DNA of 64,000 nt from IMG/VR virus record IMGVR_UViG_3300015371_000015, positions 15,661 to 79,660 of that record, one strand, 5' to 3'. This document shows, piece by piece, positions 57,618 to 64,000 of this stretch. The notes beneath the pieces are model-generated. The model did not search any database. It was not told the DNA's origin and saw only the letters and a program-made list of their open reading frames with translations. The position numbers were made by a program, and so were the translations under genes. The stretch comes from a virus. The stretch's first letter is position 1. Each line of letters opens with the position of its first letter.

Positions 57618-58133
57618 ATGAGCTTCCGCATCATCGTTACCGGTTCTCGGGACTGGGACGATCCGGAGACTGTCTTGGATGCTCTCGACTCATATCTTGT
57701 GCATGACGACGTAGTGCTGTTGCACGGAGGTGCCGAGAGCGGAGTCGACCCGGTAGTGGACAGGTATGCCAGGCAGCTGGGTTGGGAGGTCAAACCTTAC
57801 CCGGCTAACTGGGACCTGTTCCGCGGGCTAGCTGGGCAAATGAGGAATCTTGAGATGGTTGTTGATGGGGCTGATGCTTGTCTGGCTTTCGTCAAGGACC
57901 ATTCTCGAGATGCCTCGCTGTGTGCTTACTACGCACGCATGTCCCATATCCCTACACGTGTCTGGGCACAAGACGGTGAACACGATTGGAGCTACTTGCT
58001 CTGTCAGGAATACCTAGAGTTCGGCGATATTTACTTCTACTGCACCAAGGAGGCGGCTGATAAGCACACAGAGCATGAGGGTAAGGGTGAGGACGATGAA
58101 GGCAAGGCGTACTTCATAAGCTGGAAAGACTAG
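57618..58133 (+). CDS. SLOG-family (YspA/DUF2493-like) protein
   Basis: IIVTGSRDW, LHGGA.SGVD, PANW, AG.MRN.EMV, CLAF. Confidence 0.82.
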   Translation: MSFRIIVTGSRDWDDPETVLDALDSYLVHDDVVLLHGGAESGVDPVVDRYARQLGWEVKPYPANWDLFRGLAGQMRNLEMVVDGADACLAFVKDHSRDASLCAYYARMSHIPTRVWAQDGEHDWSYLLCQEYLEFGDIYFYCTKEAADKHTEHEGKGEDDEGKAYFISWKD

Positions 58134-58144
58134 GGAGTTGAAGC

Positions 58145-58588
58145 GTGGGCAATAACCTTAGGATCTACACGGACGGATCCTGTCTCGGAAACCCTGGCCC
58201 TGGCGGCTGGGCATGGGCGATCGATGAGTACGACTTCTGTTGGAATTCAGACCCCGCCACGACCAACAACCGGATGGAGCTCATGGCCGTCCTCAAGGCG
58301 TTGGTACGAAACGTCGGAACAGATCTCACCATCGTCTCGGACTCGGCTTACGTCGTCAGCTGTTTCCGGGACGAATGGTGGGCGGACTGGACCGTCGATG
58401 GTTTCAAGCGCAAGACCCATGAGGCCGTAGCGAACTGGGACCTCTGGGAGCCAGTACTGGCTATTTCTTTGTTCGGTGAGGACGAAGTGACCTATGAGAA
58501 GGTCCGCGCCCACTCCGATGACTACATGAACGACTTTGTGGACGATCTCGCGCGCAAAGCATCCAACTACGCAAGGAGAGGCATCTGA
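58145..58588 (+). CDS. rnhA: Ribonuclease HI
   Basis: IYTDGSC.GNPGPGGW, TTNNRMEL, SDSAYV, N.DLW, V.AH..N..VD.LA. Confidence 0.92.
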   Translation: MGNNLRIYTDGSCLGNPGPGGWAWAIDEYDFCWNSDPATTNNRMELMAVLKALVRNVGTDLTIVSDSAYVVSCFRDEWWADWTVDGFKRKTHEAVANWDLWEPVLAISLFGEDEVTYEKVRAHSDDYMNDFVDDLARKASNYARRGI

Positions 58589-58964
58589 TGGAGTTCACCG
58601 AAGAAGACGTCGTGACGCTCGACAAGGCCGTTCAGGTCAGAGCTGACGCAGGTGAGATGGCTGATGAGTCAGGATTCCGTAAGGTGCTCAAAGAAGAGAT
58701 CAACCATATCCTCAAGGCGAAGCAGTGAGTTGATGATCGTCAAATGCGAAGCGCTGTACGAATCGGAAGTAGGCAAGCTTGACTCGAAGGACCTTGTTTC
58801 GTGGCTTAAAGCTCTACCTGCGGGGCATCGGCTTCACTACGATATTCCCCAAACTCACGGTCGATTCTATCTCAAGGCTACTTGGGAAGAGATAAGGCCG
58901 GCACCACCACTCGTCATTTACACCGATCCTCCCGCTCGGAGGTGGTATCAAAGGAGCTGATTAG

Positions 58965-60128
58965 ATGAAGCAGAGCACGGCCGATATTCTCGATGAGAGC
59001 AAGCGGCTGGATGACCAGATCAAGTGGCAGCTGTTCACCATGGACCAAGACGCCCAGCTGTGGGGCGAAAGCGATGTGAAGTGGAAGCCTGGTGATCCAC
59101 TCGGTGACTACAGCGTGCTGTCAGGCTATGAGGGCAACGCAGAGCACTGGATCCCACACAACCAGGACACCACCCGCCCGATCTACCAACTCATCGATGA
59201 CATCACAAACGTCAAGGAGTACTACAACTACTACAACCGTTGTCGTACCTGTAAGACCTGGTGGGCGGGCACTAAGCCGTGCTGGGTGTGCGGGGTATAT
59301 TCTCCGCCAATGACAGATGCCTGGCGCCGACTGAACTACATCTGCGTCTGCAACGGTCTGGTCAAGAGTGAAGAAGAGATCGACCAGATGCTCATCGAGG
59401 CCACTGAGCGGGCTGAGCGGGCAAGGCAAGAGCGGCGTAAGAAGGTCCTGGAGATGAGCAAGAACATCTCTAAGGCAGCGCAAGAGGCTGGTCGCTCTAT
59501 ACAACGCTTCGGCGATCACGCTGCCAACGTCATGGTCGACTTCGAGACGGTGGGCTTTGTTGGTAGCGAGGGCTTCCGCATCATGGAGTACGGGATCACG
59601 CATGAGCCAGACGGGGACGAGACGAGAGACAGGCGTAGGGACGCTTGGAGAAGAGCTCAGCTCGAGATGTACCGGATGGCTATGGTTAACGGGGTCGTGC
59701 ACATCAACTGGCCTCGGCAATCCGGTCGCAGGTCGTTCGAATCGCTCGTTGTCGATGAGTGGATCAGACCTACTCCGTTCAGCAGGAGCCGGTTCTTCGA
59801 CCCTATCGGTGAGGCTATCAAGAAGAAGCCCTTCAAGATGCCTGAGCTCTTGCCTCTCTATATTCCCAGTGAGAAGTACGAGCTTGAGGTGCTGCCGCGT
59901 CGTACTCGCATTCTGATCAGTCGCTACGCATTCGGCCAGGTGCCCAAGCCTGCGCCCATCAAGGAGCCTATCATCAACAGGCCGAACTACGAGCTTGAGA
60001 GATGGCTTCGCCAAAACAACCAACACCCAGAGCAGCAAAGGAGAGAACGTGAAGTACGCAGCCCTCGTGGTCGTCGCGATGCTGACCCTAGTCGGGTGCG
60101 GCAGCGGCGCGGAGGAAGAGCCCGGTAA
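58965..60128 (+). CDS. Hypothetical protein with CxxC..CxxC motif
   Basis: RBS AGGAG; 387-aa ORF. Confidence 0.65.
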   Translation: MKQSTADILDESKRLDDQIKWQLFTMDQDAQLWGESDVKWKPGDPLGDYSVLSGYEGNAEHWIPHNQDTTRPIYQLIDDITNVKEYYNYYNRCRTCKTWWAGTKPCWVCGVYSPPMTDAWRRLNYICVCNGLVKSEEEIDQMLIEATERAERARQERRKKVLEMSKNISKAAQEAGRSIQRFGDHAANVMVDFETVGFVGSEGFRIMEYGITHEPDGDETRDRRRDAWRRAQLEMYRMAMVNGVVHINWPRQSGRRSFESLVVDEWIRPTPFSRSRFFDPIGEAIKKKPFKMPELLPLYIPSEKYELEVLPRRTRILISRYAFGQVPKPAPIKEPIINRPNYELERWLRQNNQHPEQQRREREVRSPRGRRDADPSRVRQRRGGRAR

Positions 60129-60264
60129 CAACGAGCAGGACAGCAACGTCTCCACCATCAAGGAGGCTCACGTCAAACTCCAGGACGGACGAGATGTCAC
60201 CTGCCTGACCTTCAAGCGAGGTTATGGCGGGGGCATGTCGTGTGACTGGGCAAACGCGAAGTAG
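60049..60264 (+). CDS. Putative lipoprotein
   Basis: Lipobox LVGC after hydrophobic stretch; RBS AAGGAG. Confidence 0.65.
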   Translation: MKYAALVVVAMLTLVGCGSGAEEEPGNNEQDSNVSTIKEAHVKLQDGRDVTCLTFKRGYGGGMSCDWANAK

Positions 60265-60725
60265 AAGGAGCAACATGGCAAACGCAGCAATCATCGAAAC
60301 CAAGATCGAAGAGATGCGGAAGAACCTCAAGGACTCCATCGACTCCATCAGCTGGGGAGAGGGGCCGGCTCAGGACGCGCTGATGACGGTCTTGCCGATC
60401 TTCCAGGAGATCGTGGAGATCCAGAACCAGATCCTCGAGCTGGTCAAGACCAAGGCCTCGGATGCCGACATGCGCAGCCGGACCGACCCGCGACTCTTCA
60501 GCGGGCAGTGATCGTGGCGCAGACAGAAGTCAAGCAGGCAACATGTGGTAAGCAGCGTGTGCTGGAGTTTGTGGGTGTACCGATCCTTGAGATCCACTGC
60601 ACCCGCAACTCTTGGCACCCAAGCTCGGCTTCGCCCATGCTGCACTCCCACTACTGGTCAGGCTACATCGACGGGACGTATGTGACGGTGACCTGGCAGG
60701 ACGAGCCATATTCTGAGAGGAAGTC

Positions 60726-61112
60726 ATGAGACGAGTGTTCTGGGAGAAGGACGACTTCTTCCCATTCGGCGATGGGCGCATCGAGATGGACCCTGCTGTA
60801 GTCAGCTTCATGCCTGAGGGCAAGTACCCACTGACGTGGAACTACGGCACTGAGACAGACGCTCTGCTTGGGCACGCTACTGATATTCGTCTAGAGGATG
60901 GCGAGATGTCAGCTGAGCTTGTGTGGAATGAGACCAAGAACGCTCAATCTGCAAAGGACCTGCTTGAGCATGGCGACGTTCGTCTTGGTGGTTACTACAG
61001 CCACATCAAGAAAGTCAAGGACGGTGACGTCGATCGATGCACTGAAGGCACCCTGCGTGCCATATCTGTCATCATCAAGAATGGTGGTGCTAACCCAGGA
61101 GCGAAGGTCTAA
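60726..61112 (+). CDS. Prohead-protease-like paralog lacking catalytic residues
   Basis: Aligns by eye with the capsid N-terminus: PL.W, LGH, HGDVR, R..S....GANPGA. Confidence 0.7.
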   Translation: MRRVFWEKDDFFPFGDGRIEMDPAVVSFMPEGKYPLTWNYGTETDALLGHATDIRLEDGEMSAELVWNETKNAQSAKDLLEHGDVRLGGYYSHIKKVKDGDVDRCTEGTLRAISVIIKNGGANPGAKV

Positions 61113-61304
61113 TGGACATCTGCGATATTTGTGAGGGCGTAGGAGGCACACACGCCTTCTCCTGCCCCAAGGCGATCGAACAGGATCGAGAAGTAGCGGC
61201 CGGCCTTCGGTCGTTGAGGGCTGGTGCTGGATGGCAACCCTAGAGTGCACGTGTCGTGGCGGTCCGCATGGCGGGTACACCTGCCCTGGTTGTAGAGGAG
61301 GGTA

Positions 61305-62540
61305 ATGCTCACAGAAGGCAATCTACGGGAATTATTCCCTCATCAGGCGGAAGCCCTCCAGAGGATCAAAAACGGCTCTGTGGTGGCCGGAGGGGTCGGA
61401 TCGGGTAAGACCTCCACTGCACTAGCCTACTTCGTCCAGGGGCCCTTAGGAGGCGTTCTAGACCGTACTGAGCCTGTGCGCACGCCAAAGAAGCTGATTA
61501 TCATCACCACAGCGAAGAAAAGGGACGAATTGGACTGGGAATCGGAGGCTCTGCACTTCGGCATCTTCCGTGACCCAGAGCTCTCATATTCCCGGGAAGA
61601 GATGATTGTCGATTCCTGGAACAACATCAAGAAGTACGTCAACACAGAAGGTGCTTTCTTCATCTTCGATGAGCAACGACTGGTGGGTAGCGGTGTATGG
61701 GTCAAAGCATTCCTGAAGATAGTCAAGACCAACGAGTGGATTTTGCTCACGGCTACGCCAGCGGATACCTGGATGGACTACGTGCCTCTGTTCATCGCGC
61801 ATGGCTTCTATCGGAACAGGACCGATTTCGTAGAGCAGCACGTAATCTGGACATTCCATGGGAAGTACAGGAAAATTCGTGGCTTCTATGGGGCCAGGTA
61901 CTTGCGCGCATATCGCGATGCGATCCTAGTGGAGATGCCGTTCGATCGTCACACGACCAGACACGTAAACACTGAACCAGTTGAGTACGATGTCGAGCTG
62001 TTCGAACAGGTATGGAAAAGGCGTTGGAACGTCTACACAAACGAACCACTTATCGACTCAGCTGAGATGCACCGGATCGGTCGCCAGGTCGTCAACTCTG
62101 ACCCGAGCCGGCTTGATGCGATTGAGAAGCTGGGTAAGCGACACCCGCGTCTGATCATATTCTATTCCTTCGACTACGAGCTCGAGGCGTTGCGAACATT
62201 GATGACGCGCATGGACATCGTGGTGGCCGAGTGGAACGGCCATAGGCATGAGCCTGTCCCGGAGACGGAGCGGTGGCTCTATCTTGTCCAGTACCAAGCA
62301 GGAGCAGAGGGGTGGAACTGCACAACCACGGACGCCATCGTCTTCTACTCCATCCCATATTCCCACAAGCTGTATGAGCAGAGCCAGGGTCGCATCGATC
62401 GTCTGGACACTCCGTACGAAGACTTGTGGTATTACGTCTTGATGAGTGATGCACGGATCGACAAGATCATCTGGCGTGCTCTCTCTCAGAAGAAGAACTT
62501 CCATGAAGGAAGAGTCGAGAAGTTCCAACCCGCAGCTTAA
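61305..62540 (+). CDS. SF2 (SNF2-like) DNA helicase
   Basis: GGVGSGKT, FDEQ, LTATP, AGAEGWN, Q.QGRIDR. Confidence 0.9.
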   Translation: MLTEGNLRELFPHQAEALQRIKNGSVVAGGVGSGKTSTALAYFVQGPLGGVLDRTEPVRTPKKLIIITTAKKRDELDWESEALHFGIFRDPELSYSREEMIVDSWNNIKKYVNTEGAFFIFDEQRLVGSGVWVKAFLKIVKTNEWILLTATPADTWMDYVPLFIAHGFYRNRTDFVEQHVIWTFHGKYRKIRGFYGARYLRAYRDAILVEMPFDRHTTRHVNTEPVEYDVELFEQVWKRRWNVYTNEPLIDSAEMHRIGRQVVNSDPSRLDAIEKLGKRHPRLIIFYSFDYELEALRTLMTRMDIVVAEWNGHRHEPVPETERWLYLVQYQAGAEGWNCTTTDAIVFYSIPYSHKLYEQSQGRIDRLDTPYEDLWYYVLMSDARIDKIIWRALSQKKNFHEGRVEKFQPAA

Positions 62541-62552
62541 GGAGCGATATTT

Positions 62553-62882
62553 GTGGCAGACAATCTGAAGGGCATTCCCTTCTCATCCGATGACGAGGGC
62601 ATTGACTTCCCACTCAAGGCGAAGCTCTGTGTGCTCCAGGCCCACAACGAGTTCGGCATCGGCACACCTCGGCGCAAGAAGATCGAGCCGCTGGACATCT
62701 CAGAGGTCTACATCGTCTGGTTCTCCTTCGTTCGGGGCAACTGGAAGGCCATGTTGTCCACCTCCCGGCCGGATGGTCGGATCTATGAGGTCTCCTACAA
62801 GAGGGAGAACGACGGGTCGGATGGGCCAGAGAGCTTGGTCGTCGACTCATACCTGAAGACCCACAACATCGTGATCGATTAG
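62553..62882 (+). CDS. DUF6275-like protein
   Basis: VYIVWF....NWKAMLST..PDG..YEVSY..D.Y.K. Confidence 0.75.
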   Translation: MADNLKGIPFSSDDEGIDFPLKAKLCVLQAHNEFGIGTPRRKKIEPLDISEVYIVWFSFVRGNWKAMLSTSRPDGRIYEVSYKRENDGSDGPESLVVDSYLKTHNIVID

Positions 62883-62910
62883 ATCACAACAGCGTAAGGA
62901 GCTGATATTT

Positions 62911-63180
62911 ATGGCCGGATCCTATGGACACGTCGTCAACAAGCACGGCGGCTTGATCAGTAACGAGAAGATGAACGGCATGCTCGAGAACGGCGGGGAT
63001 GTCTATGAGGCCGTCGAAGAGATGTACGGCATGATCTGGTGGCTGGCAACCCAGATCGCCAACGAGCAGTTCGGAGCTGCTGCCGACCCGGCCTTGTATG
63101 TCGATGCTGCTCAGACCGAGTACAAGACGGGTCTCGCCGAGTCCCCCACCAAGCGCTTCAAGAATGATCAAAGGAGCTGA
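62911..63180 (+). CDS. Hypothetical protein
   Basis: RBS AAGGAG. Confidence 0.6.
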   Translation: MAGSYGHVVNKHGGLISNEKMNGMLENGGDVYEAVEEMYGMIWWLATQIANEQFGAAADPALYVDAAQTEYKTGLAESPTKRFKNDQRS

Positions 63181-63400
63181 TTCACATGCTGCAAGCCGAG
63201 GAAATCCACGTCGATCGATGGGAGGTCTTCACCATCATCGATGTCAATGACGTGCCACGAAGGAAGCTGATCTCCAAATTCACACGAGTCAAAGGCCGAT
63301 GGCTCATGCATGTGGAGGCCGGCATCTGGTATTCCCAGGGCACTGTTCGTGAGCTGAACGACCTCTTCACCAAGCTGGTCTTGAAGGGAACGCTGAAGTA

Positions 63401-63718
63401 ATGGGCTGGCCCAAGCTGAAGTCCATTCTCATTCTGGTGCCTGCTGATCTTGATGAGGGGCTGCCTGAGAAAGGGGTTACGGCATTCCGCAACTTCGGTG
63501 AGTACACGCGTCAAGAGATGTATGACGCAGCTGGCCGTTGGCTAGATGCCCACCCCGGCGCCATGGTCATGTACGACGATGACCAGCTCACTCCTGATGA
63601 GCCGTCATGGAATGAGGAAGAGGGGATCGTCGTCGATGGCCTCTACGTGCCACCACACATGCTGCACGCACCAAAGGGAGGAATCAAGTGGGGCGTACGG
63701 AAGAAGAAACCTACCTAG
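63401..63718 (+). CDS. Hypothetical protein ending in an LH..KG.KWGVRK motif
   Basis: Coupled ORF. Confidence 0.55.
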   Translation: MGWPKLKSILILVPADLDEGLPEKGVTAFRNFGEYTRQEMYDAAGRWLDAHPGAMVMYDDDQLTPDEPSWNEEEGIVVDGLYVPPHMLHAPKGGIKWGVRKKKPT

Positions 63719-64000
63719 GCGTACCCGTCATCGATGGTCGAGTCGCATGGGGGCTCGGTTATCAACTATTCCTCTTCGATTACGCTGTACGCCAGCGCGT
63801 TCGAGAATACGCAAACACACTAACACAAGGAGACAACATGACCGTGGACTACCACGAGCACACCGACGGCGAGAGCACCGGCCCCATCCACCACGAGCGA
63901 CCGCCACAGCGCACCGCCATCGTCCGAATCGACGGACTGCCCGTGGGCTGGGCCAAGGTAACTCAGGGACCGCCGGAGATCGGCGTACGCATCAGCCAGA

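Larger units (their letters stand above)
20252..59643 (+). repeat. Dispersed 12-mer GGCGTAGGDACG (stoperator-like)
   Basis: At 20252, 24227, 25751, 33408, 36356, 39651, 43879, 49125, 54900, 59632. Confidence 0.8.

Noticed and set aside
63733-63760. Possible eighth Y RNA (ggtcga...cggttatcaa); also gggtcgaa at 36331
   Set aside because: No terminal stem or ACATCC partner; both lie in open reading frames

Overview
A 64-kb piece of a tailed dsDNA phage (siphovirus-type) with essentially every gene on the + strand. Gene order and content resemble, from recall, the Streptomyces BI / Arthrobacter AU-AM-AW / Gordonia DJ / Rhodococcus CC type actinophages: terminase, portal, protease-major capsid fusion, two major-tail-like genes, tape measure, Dit, tail hub, holin, DUF6353-like paralogs, an SF3 helicase/primase-family B polymerase fusion, thyA, sigma-like protein, SSB, RNase H and an SF2 helicase. 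No integrase or endolysin is seen in the window. The standout locus is an RNA-rich island at about 37.7-44.1 kb. A Ro60/TROVE (Rsr) gene is flanked by seven Y-RNA-like elements sharing one scaffold (terminal stem, GGGTCG(A)/ACATC bulged helix, second stem ending CGGTTA) but carrying different tRNA-derived payloads. Two are complete circularly permuted tRNAs with anticodon loops (Glu-CUC, Arg-GCG), and two display only an anticodon stem-loop (Glu-CUC, Ser-GCU). The island also holds a DUF4258-like putative RNase, an ORF-poor hairpin-dense ~800-nt candidate ncRNA and other structured RNAs. Genome-wide signals include 24 copies of a fixed-spacing promoter-like motif heading promoter-ORF-terminator cassettes and small hairpin RNAs, 10 same-strand copies of GGCGTAGGDACG, strand-biased ATATT enrichment, and a prohead-protease paralog lacking its catalytic residues. 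All calls were made by eye; no searches were run.
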